Shown here in pieces: positions 1 to 10,165 of a DNA stretch of 40,894 nt. Source of the DNA: a candidate division WOR-3 bacterium (GTDB lineage: Bacteria; Hydrothermota; Tepidihabitantia; Tepidihabitantales; Tepidihabitantaceae). Position numbers and translations under genes: made by a program. The notes under the pieces were generated by a model. The model saw only the letters and a list, made by a program, of their open reading frames with translations. It was not told the origin of the DNA and did not search any database. Positions within the stretch are counted from its first letter, which is position 1. The number at the start of each line of letters is the position of its first letter. The stretch spans positions 1-40,894 of the forward strand of contig JBBISL010000018.1 in NCBI GenBank assembly GCA_037441285.1. The letters are read 5' to 3'.

Positions 1-1
1 G

Positions 2-475
2 ACCGATGCGGCAATCAATCCGGGAAATTCTGGAGGTCCGCTGGTCACTGCCCTGGGCGAGGTAATCGGGATTAATACATTTATCTTCTCGCATGCCGGT
101 GGTTCAGAAGGGGTGGGTTTTGCCCGTCCGATAAATGAGGTGAAACGGTTTATCAATGAGGCGCTGGGTCAGGCATCAGCCGATTATGAGAAGTTTTCTA
201 CAAGGATTGGGGCGGTGGTTGCGGACATCAATCCGGCACTGCGAACCCGGTTTGGCATCGCCCATAAGAAAGGGGTGGTGGTGGTTGAGGTGAAAGGCAA
301 CAGTGTCGCCGAGAAGATTGGTTTGATGCCAGGAGATGTGATTCTTTTGAGTAATGGGAAGGTGGTGGATGGGGCGCGTACCTTTAAGGAGCGTCTGGAC
401 CGACCGTTGAGTTTTATCGACTTGGTGATTGACCGCAAGGGTGAACAGTTAAGGGTGCTGTACCAGTTGCAATGA
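2..475 (+). CDS. HtrA/DegP-family serine protease with PDZ domain, 5'-truncated by the window edge
   Basis: The frame from base 2 reads [14 protein letters not shown] (catalytic Ser motif), followed by a PDZ-like domain ([22 protein letters not shown]). The ORF-track start at 113 is internal. Confidence 0.93.
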   Translation, partial: TDAAINPGNSGGPLVTALGEVIGINTFIFSHAGGSEGVGFARPINEVKRFINEALGQASADYEKFSTRIGAVVADINPALRTRFGIAHKKGVVVVEVKGNSVAEKIGLMPGDVILLSNGKVVDGARTFKERLDRPLSFIDLVIDRKGEQLRVLYQLQ

Positions 476-1839
476 GTACGAGATATTCAACCCCGGAAAT
501 GGCAGAACTGTGGAGCGAAGAGGCAAAGTTTGCCTCCTGGCTTGAGGTTGAGAAGGCGGTTGCGACAGTTCAGGGAGAGATGGGGATTATTCCGAAGGAG
601 GCAGCAAAAGAAATCCAGAAAGCCAGTTTCAAGGTTAAGGAGATTGAGCGGTTTGAGAAAATTACCAATCACGATGTGATTGCATTTACCCGGAGTGTTG
701 CCAAAAGCATTGGCAGGTGGGGGCGGTTTGTCCACTTCGGGCTTACCTCCTATGATGTGGTGGATACGGCACTGGCATTGCGGTGCCGCCGTGCCTGGGA
801 GATTGTGCTGGCGGCGCTTGATGAGTTAAGAAGAACCGTTGCCCATCTGGCACTGGAGCATCAGGACACGCCAATGATGGGCAGAACGCACGGGGTTCAT
901 GCCGAGCCGATTACCTTTGGTTTGAAGTGTCTTTCCTGGCTGGCAGAAATTGAGCGGGGTATTGAGCGGGCACATCGGGAAAAAGAGGCGATAAGTTACG
1001 GTAAGATTTCCGGGGTTGTTGGAGCCTATACGATACTGCCGCCGGATGTGGAGAAAAGGGTGCTTAAGCGTCTTGGTTTGAAGGTTGAGCCGGTTTCAAC
1101 GCAGGTTATACCCCGGGACCGGCACGCATCAACCATCCTTGCCCTGACGCTGATTGCGGCAGGGCTGGAGCGTATCGCCACGGAAATTAGAAATCTGCAG
1201 CGGACCGAAATCGGTGAAGTAAGAGAGCCGTTTGGGAAAGGGCAAGCCGGTTCATCCGCGATGCCCCATAAGAAGAACCCGATTGTCTGTGAACGGGTCT
1301 GTTCTCTGGCGCGGGTGCTAAGAGGTTATGCACTGGTGGCGCTGGAGAATATCGCTTTGTGGCATGAGCGGGATTTGACCAATTCAGCAGCGGAGCGAAT
1401 AACCATCCCAGAATGTTTTACCCTAATTCATTACTGTTTGCGTCAGATGAACAAGGTTCTTGGCGGGCTGGTGGTTGATAGCGAAAAGATGAAGAAGAAT
1501 CTGCTTCTTTCCGGCGAGACATTTTACTCCCAGTCTTTGCTCTCGGCACTGGTAGAGAAAGGGATGAGTCGCACCCGGGCGTATCGGTTGGTGCAGCGTC
1601 TTGCCTTTGAAGCAACTGAGCAAAGAGAACGATTCACCGAGCGGGCGCGCGCGAATAAACAGGTCCAGAGGATTTTGACTCCGAAAGAGTTGGACCGGGT
1701 GTTTGACATCAGGAAACTTTTGAAAAATGTTAAGGCGGTTTACCGGCGACTCGGGCTTCTGCCGGGCAAAATTGGGGAGAAGAAAGGGTCAAAGTTAAAA
1801 TTGGGCAGGGCAGGCGGTTCGCGGTATGGTTTTAATTGA
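472..1839 (+). CDS. purB: Adenylosuccinate lyase
   Basis: Motifs [43 protein letters not shown] overlap with the upstream stop. Confidence 0.97.
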   Translation: MSTRYSTPEMAELWSEEAKFASWLEVEKAVATVQGEMGIIPKEAAKEIQKASFKVKEIERFEKITNHDVIAFTRSVAKSIGRWGRFVHFGLTSYDVVDTALALRCRRAWEIVLAALDELRRTVAHLALEHQDTPMMGRTHGVHAEPITFGLKCLSWLAEIERGIERAHREKEAISYGKISGVVGAYTILPPDVEKRVLKRLGLKVEPVSTQVIPRDRHASTILALTLIAAGLERIATEIRNLQRTEIGEVREPFGKGQAGSSAMPHKKNPIVCERVCSLARVLRGYALVALENIALWHERDLTNSAAERITIPECFTLIHYCLRQMNKVLGGLVVDSEKMKKNLLLSGETFYSQSLLSALVEKGMSRTRAYRLVQRLAFEATEQRERFTERARANKQVQRILTPKELDRVFDIRKLLKNVKAVYRRLGLLPGKIGEKKGSKLKLGRAGGSRYGFN

Positions 1840-2929
1840 CGGCTCGCGTCTGATAATAGAGTCGCTTGCCCGGGCTGGTGCTGATGTTTTTGTCGGTTAT
1901 CCCATAACCCCGGCAAACCTCCTTTACCGATATGCGATTATGAGGTTTCCGGCGGCGCTCAGCGCGCCGGATGAAATTACCACGATGCAATGGCTCTGTG
2001 GTTTTTCTGCTACCGGGCTTTTACCTGTTACCGCGACATCATTCCCGGGTTTTGCCTTGATGCTCGAGTCAATCAATATGGCGTATATGATGGAGTTACC
2101 GGTTGTTGTAGTTCTGGCACAGCGGCTTGGTCCGGCAACCGGTTCAGCAACGGCGGGCGCTGATGGTGATCTGTTGCTTTTACGCGGAACGATTTCCGGG
2201 GGGCATCCGCTACCGGTGATTTGTATTAACAGTCTGGAGGATTGCTGGACGGTTCCGCCGCTGGCGCTGGCAACCGCGGCTGGGTTGCGCACGCCGGTAG
2301 TGCTTCTGACCGCCAAGGAGATGGTGATGACCCAATGCAGTTTTGACATTGGGAAACTGCCGGAAGTGCAGCTGGTATCACGTCCGGGGTGTCGTGGTGT
2401 GGAACATTATGAACCTTATGCGCCGGGAGATGACCTTGTGCCCAATTTTCTGCCGGTTGGGAACCCGATTCACCAGGTCCGGTTGAACGCCTCAACCCAT
2501 AACCGGCAGGGTATCATCCAGCATCTATCTCCGGAGGGGCTGGAAAATACCGCCCGACTGGAAAAGAAGATATACGCCAACCTGAGCCGGTACACAAAAT
2601 ACAGCCTTGATGGGGAAGAGGGTGCTGACACCCTGATTGTTGCCTGGGGGAATGCGGCGCTTGCGGCGCGGGAGGCGGTTAAGTTGATTCGCAGTAAAGG
2701 GAAAAAGGTCTCGCTCCTTTTACCTAACACTTTGCTGCCGGTGCCGGCTGAGTATCTTGATATCATTTCCCGTTATCCCCGAGTTGTTGTCGTGGAGGAG
2801 AATTTATCGGGTCATTATCGGACCGTTCTGTTCGGCGCGCAGGGACGGGAAGGTGTTGTTGGTGTGAACTCGCTGGGGAAGATGATTGCACCCGAAGAGA
2901 TTGTTGATAGGGTGGTGAAAAATGGCTGA
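1826..2929 (+). CDS. 2-oxoacid:ferredoxin oxidoreductase alpha subunit
   Basis: GYPITP, DEI, TATSxPG and QRxGPxTG motifs. C-terminal transketolase-like domain (VVVVEEN). Confidence 0.92.
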   Translation: MVLIDGSRLIIESLARAGADVFVGYPITPANLLYRYAIMRFPAALSAPDEITTMQWLCGFSATGLLPVTATSFPGFALMLESINMAYMMELPVVVVLAQRLGPATGSATAGADGDLLLLRGTISGGHPLPVICINSLEDCWTVPPLALATAAGLRTPVVLLTAKEMVMTQCSFDIGKLPEVQLVSRPGCRGVEHYEPYAPGDDLVPNFLPVGNPIHQVRLNASTHNRQGIIQHLSPEGLENTARLEKKIYANLSRYTKYSLDGEEGADTLIVAWGNAALAAREAVKLIRSKGKKVSLLLPNTLLPVPAEYLDIISRYPRVVVVEENLSGHYRTVLFGAQGREGVVGVNSLGKMIAPEEIVDRVVKNG

Positions 2930-4229
2930 GTCGCCCTTTTTATCTCCTGAAGCACTGCCGTTTTGTCCGGGCTGTTCGCACCATTTGGTAGTTCGGCAAA
3001 CCGCCAAGGCGCTTACCCGGCTCGGATTGAAACCGCTGGAGGTGGTTCTGGTCACCGACATTGGCTGTCATGGCATCGTTGACCCGTTTTTCCGTACCCA
3101 CACGGTTCACGGGCTCCATGGCCGTTCTTCAGCGCTGGGTGCGGGAATTGCCGCGGGGCTTAAAAAAGGGAAGGTAGTGGTTTATATGGGAGATGGCGGG
3201 GCTTCGATCGGGCTTCAGCATTTGATTGAATGTGCTCGGATGAACTTCCCGCTCACGGTTCTGGTGTTGAACAATATGCTTTACGGAATGACCGGCGGTC
3301 AACCAAGCTCTCTTACACCCTGCGGTTTTAAGACCCCTTTACGCCCGGAGGGGAAACCGGAACCTCATTATGACCTGTGCCGGATTGTTCACAGTGCGGG
3401 TGCTGAATATGTAAGCCGCCTCAATGGAACAGGTGATTTTTCTGACGGTCTGGTCGAGGCTTTTTCAGTACCGGGGTTTTCTCTGGTGGAGGTTATGGAA
3501 ATCTGCACGAGTTACGGTTTGAGGTACAATCCCGGGCAGAAAACCGAGGTGCTTGCGCAAAATGCCGGGCTGGAGTTTGGTGTTTGGCGCAATCCGGCAA
3601 AACCGGTACTACGGTTGGCATTGAACACCAACCGGGCTTCACTTTTAGACGAGAAGCCAATTGCCCGGAAATGGACGGCAAAAGTTGAGAATCGACGGGG
3701 CATATTGCTGGGCGGTTCGGCAGGCGGTGGGGTTCAGCAAGCCGCTGAGTTGCTGGCAAGAGCAGCGATTGCCAGTGGTCTTTACAGTACCAAAAAGGGT
3801 ACCTATCCGGTAACTGTTGGCACCGGTTACTCAGTTGCCGAGGTTGTGATTGACCGGCAGCCGATACTGTATACCGGTATTCAAACTCCGGATGTGGTGG
3901 TCGTTGTTTCTCGGGACGGACTTTCCTATACAGAAAAGTTGTTGCGCAGAATGAGGCAGGGGCTGCTGGTAATCGACGAGTCGTTGACCTTACCGCCGAG
4001 CGGGGTAAAGGTGATAACGCAGCCCTTTGTTAAGATGGCTGGGGCAAAAAATGCGGCACTGCTCGCGCTGCTTTACTTTTTAAAAAGCACGGGTATGCTG
4101 CCGGTTGAGGCGCTTTTGGACCAAATAAAAAACGCCAGCCGGGGTGGAGCAGAAGTCGCGTCCCGGATGGAAGTTCAATTAAGTGAACTTACAAAGGAAG
4201 AAGGGCGCCGAGAGCATAAGGAGGTATAA
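2922..4229 (+). CDS. 2-oxoacid:ferredoxin oxidoreductase, fused beta (TPP-binding) and gamma subunits
   Basis: FCPGC, DIGC, GLHGR, GDGG..NN..YGMTGGQ, then a gamma-type domain (GSAGGGVQ..., DVVVVVS). Confidence 0.92.
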   Translation: MAESPFLSPEALPFCPGCSHHLVVRQTAKALTRLGLKPLEVVLVTDIGCHGIVDPFFRTHTVHGLHGRSSALGAGIAAGLKKGKVVVYMGDGGASIGLQHLIECARMNFPLTVLVLNNMLYGMTGGQPSSLTPCGFKTPLRPEGKPEPHYDLCRIVHSAGAEYVSRLNGTGDFSDGLVEAFSVPGFSLVEVMEICTSYGLRYNPGQKTEVLAQNAGLEFGVWRNPAKPVLRLALNTNRASLLDEKPIARKWTAKVENRRGILLGGSAGGGVQQAAELLARAAIASGLYSTKKGTYPVTVGTGYSVAEVVIDRQPILYTGIQTPDVVVVVSRDGLSYTEKLLRRMRQGLLVIDESLTLPPSGVKVITQPFVKMAGAKNAALLALLYFLKSTGMLPVEALLDQIKNASRGGAEVASRMEVQLSELTKEEGRREHKEV

Positions 4230-5431
4230 TGATAGATTTCACAATTACCGAAGAACAACAGGCGGTTGCTACACTCGCCCGCAACTGGGCGCAAAAGGAG
4301 GTAAAGCCCAGCATCAAGGATTGGGATGCCCGACATGAGTTTAACCGGGACATCCGCCGCCAGATGGCGGAACTCGGGCTCTTAGGACTGACAATACCAT
4401 CTCGTTACGGGGGTACCGGGCAGGACTATATCGCGCTGGGGCTTGCCTGTGAAGAACTGGAGTATGTTGATACATCTCTACGGGTAATTCTCTCGGTGCA
4501 CATTGGTCTTACTTCACTGACACTTCTTACTTGGGGTAGTGAAGAACAGAAGCAGCGATTCCTTGTTCCGCTGGCAAAAGGGGAGCGATTCGGGGCGTTT
4601 GGTCTCACCGAGCCGGGTGCGGGTTCGGATGTGGTTGGATTGAAGACCTGGGCGCGTAAGGATGGGAAACGCTACATCATCAATGGTGAGAAGACCTGGA
4701 TTTCGCTCGCCGATGTTGCCGATACTTTTCTCATTTTTGCCTGGACCGACCTTGAAAAGCAGAAACGGCGCGACCACTCGGGGATATCGTGCTTTATACT
4801 CGAACGGGGTATGCCGGGGCTAACAACCTCAACAATTAAAGGGAAACTGGGCGTCCGCGCCGGCAATACCGGTTCAATTGCAATGATGGATGTTGTGGTG
4901 CCGGAGGAGAATATGCTCGGATTTCCCAACGAGGGGTTTAAGATTGCGATGTTTTCCTTAGACCAGGGGCGCTACACCGTAGGTGCCGGTGCAACCGGTT
5001 TAATCCGCGCCTGTCTTGACGCTTCGGTTGAGTATGCCAAGACCCGGTACACATTTGGCAAACCGATTGCCGAGCACCAACTGGTGAAGGAAATGATTGC
5101 CGAGATGGCAATGGATTACGAAGTTGCCCGGTTGCTTTATCTCAAAGCGGGCTGGGTGAAAAATCAGGGAAGGCCGGGGACCCGAGAAACCTCAGCGGCA
5201 AAGTTTTATGCCTGCGCCGCCTCCGAAAAGGCGGCAAGTAATGCCGTGCAGATTTTCGGCGCCTATGGATTTTCGGACGAGTACCCCGTGGAGCGGTTTT
5301 ACCGCAACGCCAAGGGTGCTCAGATTTACGAAGGGACGCGCGAGATTCACAAACTGCTTCAAGCGGACTATGTGCTTGGGTTACGGGTTGACAAACCTTT
5401 GCGCTGTCCGTTGCCAAAGCCTGAGGTGTAA
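4229..5431 (+). CDS. Acyl-CoA dehydrogenase (possibly glutaryl-CoA type)
   Basis: [48 protein letters not shown] with the catalytic Glu. SD AAGGAGG upstream. Confidence 0.95.
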   Translation: MIDFTITEEQQAVATLARNWAQKEVKPSIKDWDARHEFNRDIRRQMAELGLLGLTIPSRYGGTGQDYIALGLACEELEYVDTSLRVILSVHIGLTSLTLLTWGSEEQKQRFLVPLAKGERFGAFGLTEPGAGSDVVGLKTWARKDGKRYIINGEKTWISLADVADTFLIFAWTDLEKQKRRDHSGISCFILERGMPGLTTSTIKGKLGVRAGNTGSIAMMDVVVPEENMLGFPNEGFKIAMFSLDQGRYTVGAGATGLIRACLDASVEYAKTRYTFGKPIAEHQLVKEMIAEMAMDYEVARLLYLKAGWVKNQGRPGTRETSAAKFYACAASEKAASNAVQIFGAYGFSDEYPVERFYRNAKGAQIYEGTREIHKLLQADYVLGLRVDKPLRCPLPKPEV

Positions 5432-5444
5432 AAAGGAGGTGTAA

Positions 5445-5627
5445 ATGCCTGTCGTGTTTCTCAAATCGGGGGGAAGTGCGGTCTGTGGCGGATACACGAT
5501 TAAAGAAGGTGTCGTGAAGATGGTCGATGTGACCTTTAAAGATGCGGGTGTACCTGAAGGCAAGGAGAAACAGCCTGAGGCGATTGTGTCGCTCGCCAAT
5601 GTGCTTTACATAATCCCCGGGCAATAA
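5445..5627 (+). CDS. 60-aa small protein, predicted all-beta, Sm/LSm-like pattern
   Basis: Strong SD AAGGAGGT directly upstream. The ORF exactly fills the gap between two co-directional genes. The fold call is by-eye inference. Confidence 0.8.
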   Translation: MPVVFLKSGGSAVCGGYTIKEGVVKMVDVTFKDAGVPEGKEKQPEAIVSLANVLYIIPGQ

Positions 5628-5639
5628 CCGTAGCCCCGC

Positions 5640-6737
5640 TTGGACCGCGTCCTTGTCCGAAAGGTTGATGATTTAGCATCGGCGGTTGAGGAGGCGTTTG
5701 ACTTTCTTGAGTTTGACTTTACCGGGAAAAGGGTTTGGGTTAAACCCAATCTCCTTGCACCCCATCCGCCCGAGCGGAGCGTAACCACTAATCCAGAACT
5801 TGTTCGGCTTGCGGTGCGCGAGTTGAAACGGCGCGGGGCGAGTGGAATCTGGGTGGGTGACAATCCGGCGGGTGTGCACAAAATTCCGCTTGAAGCGTAC
5901 CTAAAACCAACCGGCGTGGTGGAGGCAGCAGGGGAGTATTTTGTTAATCCGGGGCTGGAGGTTTTCAATCTGCCTCTTAAGTCGCGCTTCGTTCCCGGGG
6001 TACCAGTTTCGGGTTTGCTCCGGGAAGCGGATGTGATTCTCAACTTGCCGGTGTTCAAAACGCACGGGTTAACGATAATCACCGGCGCGGTCAAAAACAT
6101 CTTTGGCATCATCCCGGGGGGACACAAAACCTATCTTCATGCCATAGCGAAGAATGGTCTCGAGTTTGCCGAGCTGCTTGTTGACATCTATCAGGCGGTG
6201 CCGATTCCGATTGTCAATATTATGGACGGTATCCGGGGAATGGATGGTCCAAACGGGCCAAGTGGCGGTCGGGTGCTGGACCTTAAACTGCTGATTACAA
6301 GTGCCAACGGGGTTGCCCTTGACGCGGTGATGGTACTTCTTGCCGGCGGCAAACCGGAGAAGATTCCGCTCTGCCGGACGGCAGCGGCGCGGCACCTGGG
6401 TCCGATACGGCAGGAGGAAATGGCAATTCTCGGCGACTTTGCGCCGATAAAAGGGTTTCGCTTACCACCCGTGGGGCTTGCGGCGGCGGTTAGTAAGGTG
6501 TCAACCCTTATTTATCCTCTTTTGCGCCGCACCCCGCAACTCAACTGTCATCGCTGTATTCAATGCGGTGAATGTGCCCAAAACTGTCCGGTGCAGGCGA
6601 TTAACCTCAACCCTTATCCGGTGATAAATCGTAAGAGATGCATCGCCTGTTTTTGCTGTGCGGAAATCTGTCCGGCGCGGGCGATGACCATCGCCTCTTT
6701 GGCCAAGAGCCTGTTTTGGCGAATGGTGAAAAGTTAA
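5640..6737 (+). CDS. DUF362-domain protein with C-terminal 2x[4Fe-4S] ferredoxin domain
   Basis: VKPNL, TTNPE, NLPVFKTH, TGAVKN.FG, MDG.GP, plus two CxxCxxCxxxCP motifs. The TTG start is uncertain. Confidence 0.9.
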   Translation: MDRVLVRKVDDLASAVEEAFDFLEFDFTGKRVWVKPNLLAPHPPERSVTTNPELVRLAVRELKRRGASGIWVGDNPAGVHKIPLEAYLKPTGVVEAAGEYFVNPGLEVFNLPLKSRFVPGVPVSGLLREADVILNLPVFKTHGLTIITGAVKNIFGIIPGGHKTYLHAIAKNGLEFAELLVDIYQAVPIPIVNIMDGIRGMDGPNGPSGGRVLDLKLLITSANGVALDAVMVLLAGGKPEKIPLCRTAAARHLGPIRQEEMAILGDFAPIKGFRLPPVGLAAAVSKVSTLIYPLLRRTPQLNCHRCIQCGECAQNCPVQAINLNPYPVINRKRCIACFCCAEICPARAMTIASLAKSLFWRMVKS

Positions 6738-6791
6738 CTGGATAAACGTTTTCTTTGTCCCGTTCTGGGAACACAGCGTTTTGGGCGAGTA

Positions 6792-8822
6792 TCAGCGCTT
6801 TTTTATTCTTTTCCGCCGCGCCTCTTTCCACTCTTCGTCTTCAATCCCCTGTCTAATCTGCCGAATTCGGTCGCGCAGTTGCGCTGCCTTCTCAAACTCA
6901 AGGGCAAGGGCGGCGGCTTTCATTTCCTTTTCCAAACGCTCAAGCAGTTCCAATGGGTTTGTTCCTTCGGCGACCAGCCACTCTTCTTCATCCAGTTCCC
7001 TTTCCTGGTTTGCGTCGGCTACCGCCGTAGTCTCAAGGACCTCCTGCGCGGTCTTTTCAATTGAGCGCGGGACAATGCCGTGCCGTTTGTTGAACTCAAG
7101 TTGCTTCTGACGGCGCCTTTCGGTCTCAGCGAGGGCATTACGGATTGAGCGGGTGAGATTGTCGGCGTAGAGAATCACTTCACCTCGTACATTTCTTGCG
7201 GCGCGGCCCGCGGTCTGAATCAGCGAACGGGCGTCGCGGAGAAACCCCTCTTTGTCGGCATCAAGCACTGCGACCAGTGACACTTCCGGCAAATCCAGAC
7301 CTTCGCGTAACAGATTAATGCCCACCAGGACATCAAACTCACCGAGACGCAGCCCGCGCAGAATCTGCACCCGCTCCAGGGGTTCAATTTCGGAGTGGAG
7401 ATAACGAACCCGGATACCCATTTCGGTCAGATACTCCGCCAGGTCTTCAGCCATCCGTTTGGTCAGGGTTGTGACCAGCACCCGTTCCTGCTGCGTTACC
7501 CGCGTGCGGATTTCATTGATAAGGTCATCAACCTGATTTTTAGTCGGTTTGACTGTCATCTTCGGGTCTACCAGTCCGGTGGGACGGACGATAAGTTCTG
7601 CGACCCGGTCCTGGCTTACAGTGAGTTCGTAGTCGCCCGGAGTTGCCGAGGTGAAAATTGCCTGATTGATTAAGCGCTCAAACTCGTCAAATCTTAGGGG
7701 TCGGTTGTCAAGACAGGAAGGGAGACGGAATCCGTAATCGACCAAAACCTGTTTACGGGCTCGATCACCATTGTACATACCTTGAATCTGGGGAACGGTT
7801 ACATGGGATTCGTCAATGAACATTAGATAGTCTGCCGGGAAGTAGTCAAGGAGACAGTAGGGTCTTTCGCCTGGTGCTTTGCCCAGAAAGTGGCGGGAGT
7901 AGTTTTCAATTCCCGGGCAGTAGCCAAATTCTTTTATCATCTCCAAGTCGAACTTTGTGCGCGTCTTCAAGCGCTGTGCTTCCAGGATTTTGCCCTGTGC
8001 CTCCAGTTCTGCCACCCGTTGCCGCAGCTCGTGTTCGATGGATTTTAGTGCCCGTTCAACCCGTTCCTCTTCGGTGACAAAGTGCCTTGCCGGGTAGATT
8101 ACAGCCCGTTCCCGGCGTTCAATTAAATCTCCGGTCAGGATGTCGAAGATGCTCAACCGGGCGACACGGTCGCCGTCGAATTCGCACCGGACACCGTAGT
8201 CACGATGGGAGGGGTGGATTTCCACCACATCACCTCGGACCCGGAAAGTGGACCTTTTTAACTCAAAGTCGTTTCGGGTGTACTGGAGTTTCACCAGTTG
8301 CTCGAGGAGTTGGTCGCGGTTTAACTCCTTGTTCAGTTCAATGGGGAAGAGGGATTCTTTAAACTCCCAGGGTTCACCGAGGTTGTAGATGCAGGAGACC
8401 GAAGCGACAACAATCACATCGCGGCGCTCGATCAAACTGGAGGTGGCACGCAACCGTAATCTTTCAATCTCTTCGTTGATCGAGGCATCCTTCTCAATGT
8501 AAAGGTCGTGCTCTGGGACATAAGCCTCGGGTTGATAGTAGTCGTAATAGGAGATGAAGTATTCGACGGCATTCTCGGGGAAAAACTGCTTGAACTCGCC
8601 GTAGAGTTGTGCCGCAAGGGTTTTGTTATGAGATAGGACGATCGTGGGCCGGTTAAGGCGGGCGATGACATTTGCCATAACAAAGGTTTTGCCTGAGCCG
8701 GTGACTCCTAATAAGGTGGAAAAGCGAGCGCCGGACTCGAGGAACTCAACGAGTCGGGCGATTGCTTCGGGCTGGTCACCGGCAGGCTTAAATGGGGCAC
8801 GGAGTTTGAACCTCCCGCTCAT
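6792..8822 (-). CDS. uvrB: Excinuclease ABC subunit B
   Basis: [37 protein letters not shown]-terminal UVR domain ([11 protein letters not shown]). Confidence 0.99.
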   Translation of the reverse strand: MSGRFKLRAPFKPAGDQPEAIARLVEFLESGARFSTLLGVTGSGKTFVMANVIARLNRPTIVLSHNKTLAAQLYGEFKQFFPENAVEYFISYYDYYQPEAYVPEHDLYIEKDASINEEIERLRLRATSSLIERRDVIVVASVSCIYNLGEPWEFKESLFPIELNKELNRDQLLEQLVKLQYTRNDFELKRSTFRVRGDVVEIHPSHRDYGVRCEFDGDRVARLSIFDILTGDLIERRERAVIYPARHFVTEEERVERALKSIEHELRQRVAELEAQGKILEAQRLKTRTKFDLEMIKEFGYCPGIENYSRHFLGKAPGERPYCLLDYFPADYLMFIDESHVTVPQIQGMYNGDRARKQVLVDYGFRLPSCLDNRPLRFDEFERLINQAIFTSATPGDYELTVSQDRVAELIVRPTGLVDPKMTVKPTKNQVDDLINEIRTRVTQQERVLVTTLTKRMAEDLAEYLTEMGIRVRYLHSEIEPLERVQILRGLRLGEFDVLVGINLLREGLDLPEVSLVAVLDADKEGFLRDARSLIQTAGRAARNVRGEVILYADNLTRSIRNALAETERRRQKQLEFNKRHGIVPRSIEKTAQEVLETTAVADANQERELDEEEWLVAEGTNPLELLERLEKEMKAAALALEFEKAAQLRDRIRQIRQGIEDEEWKEARRKRIKKR

Positions 8823-8828
8823 AATTAA

Positions 8829-8856
8829 ATTGTATTTGCCGGCAGTGGTAGGTCAA
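8829..8856 (-). promoter_or_regulatory. Sigma70-type promoter of uvrB (leaderless)
   Basis: Minus strand TTGACC-16nt-TACAAT, 6 nt before the ATG. No SD. Confidence 0.75.
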
Positions 8857-8938
8857 GCCGATTTGGTTAATACCTTAGGGTCTATACAGTTTAGCCGAAG
8901 CCGCGATAACAGATAGAGCCTGAGAGGATTTACTACTC

Positions 8939-8966
8939 TTGACTTAAGCGGGTTTTGCTTTATGCT
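8939..8966 (+). promoter_or_regulatory. Sigma70-type promoter of the long cmk-rpsA-lpx operon
   Basis: TTGACT-16nt-TATGCT, 8 nt before ATG 8975. No SD. Confidence 0.7.
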
Positions 8967-8974
8967 GAACCAAT

Positions 8975-9670
8975 ATGAGAACTTGTGTTGTGTTCTTATG
9001 GGCGGTTTTCGCTTTACCCGCGGCTGGGGTGATTTATCATATCGACCAGCCGGTGCCGATTTCGTTAGCTCACGGCGAGTACTATGGCGGGGTACGGATG
9101 TGGGGCGAAGGTGGGGTCCTGGCGCGGTTCAGCGTTGGACTCTTTGACCGGCTAACGATGGGGATGTCTTACAGCGTGAACCGACTGATTGGCAGCGGTG
9201 TCCCGGAAATGTCAAGACCAAGGCCGGAACTTATGGTAAGGGTCGCAATTCTGAAGGAAATGGGCTATGTGCCTGACTTAGCACTCGGGTTTGAGAGTCA
9301 GGGTTATGACTATTGTGATGGCGAGCGGTTTACAGTAAAAGAAAAAGGGGTGTATCTGGCGTTGGGGAAGACGATTGAGGCGAGCCGGACCTATTGCGAA
9401 TTGGGCGTGAACTGGTGGCAGGGGTTTAACGGCTTTTTGGTTGTCAATCAGTTGCTGCCGGGAGATGTGGAACTGGTAGTGGAATACGACCCGGCGTTGA
9501 ATGACCTTCCAGCCGAGAATCGGTGGCGAGGTGGTTGGTTGAACACCGGTATTGCCTGGACTTTTCAGGAACGGGTCCGGCTTGGTTTTGCCCTGCGGGA
9601 TATTTTCGGGAATAACGAACAAACCCGAATGAATCGGGTTTTCTGGGTTTCGATTCAGGAGCATTTTTAA
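8975..9670 (+). CDS. Putative outer-membrane beta-barrel protein (YjbH-like)
   Basis: N-terminal signal peptide, alternating amphipathic beta strands, C-terminal strand ending in Phe (FWVSIQEHF). Confidence 0.65.
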   Translation: MRTCVVFLWAVFALPAAGVIYHIDQPVPISLAHGEYYGGVRMWGEGGVLARFSVGLFDRLTMGMSYSVNRLIGSGVPEMSRPRPELMVRVAILKEMGYVPDLALGFESQGYDYCDGERFTVKEKGVYLALGKTIEASRTYCELGVNWWQGFNGFLVVNQLLPGDVELVVEYDPALNDLPAENRWRGGWLNTGIAWTFQERVRLGFALRDIFGNNEQTRMNRVFWVSIQEHF

Positions 9671-9679
9671 GGGGGTAAG

Positions 9680-10165
9680 ATGGATATCAATGGTGTGAAA
9701 AATTTTCTAAGGGACATCGAGGGTTTTGAACGGCTGGATGACGGGGAGCTGGAGCGAATTGCCCGTATTGCCCGGTCAGGGTCGGTAAAGGCGGGAGAGA
9801 TGATTGATGTGCAGGGTGAGCCGGCGACTAAGTTTTACATTCTGGTTTTGGGGCGGCTGGCGGTTATCCTGACGCTGGATTTCGGGGTGGCGCATCAGAC
9901 CTATCAGTTGATGACTCTGGGACCGGGACAGATGTTTGCCTGGTCGGGATTGGTCGGCAACCCTCACTACACCGCGGGCAGTAGGGCGATTACCGATTGT
10001 AGTTATCTGGAGTTTGATGTTAAAGAATTGGAGCGGCTGTTTGACGAAGACCCTCGATTGGGCTATGTGATGATGCGGCTTGTCGCCCGAACGATTGCTT
10101 CAAGATTACGGCAGATGCAGTTACAACTGGCACAGCAGTACGCCCTGCGGGAGTCAGTGGAGTGA
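9680..10165 (+). CDS. Stand-alone cyclic-nucleotide-binding domain protein (no HTH)
   Basis: GEMIDVQGEPATKFYILVLG, LGPGQMFAWSGL, followed by a C-helix (IASRLRQM). No DNA-binding domain follows. Confidence 0.85.
   Translation: MDINGVKNFLRDIEGFERLDDGELERIARIARSGSVKAGEMIDVQGEPATKFYILVLGRLAVILTLDFGVAHQTYQLMTLGPGQMFAWSGLVGNPHYTAGSRAITDCSYLEFDVKELERLFDEDPRLGYVMMRLVARTIASRLRQMQLQLAQQYALRESVE

Noticed and set aside
1760..1839. Basic C-terminal tail of PurB as a functional extra domain
   Set aside because: Short and low-complexity. More simply explained as stop-codon drift into the next gene's start region.
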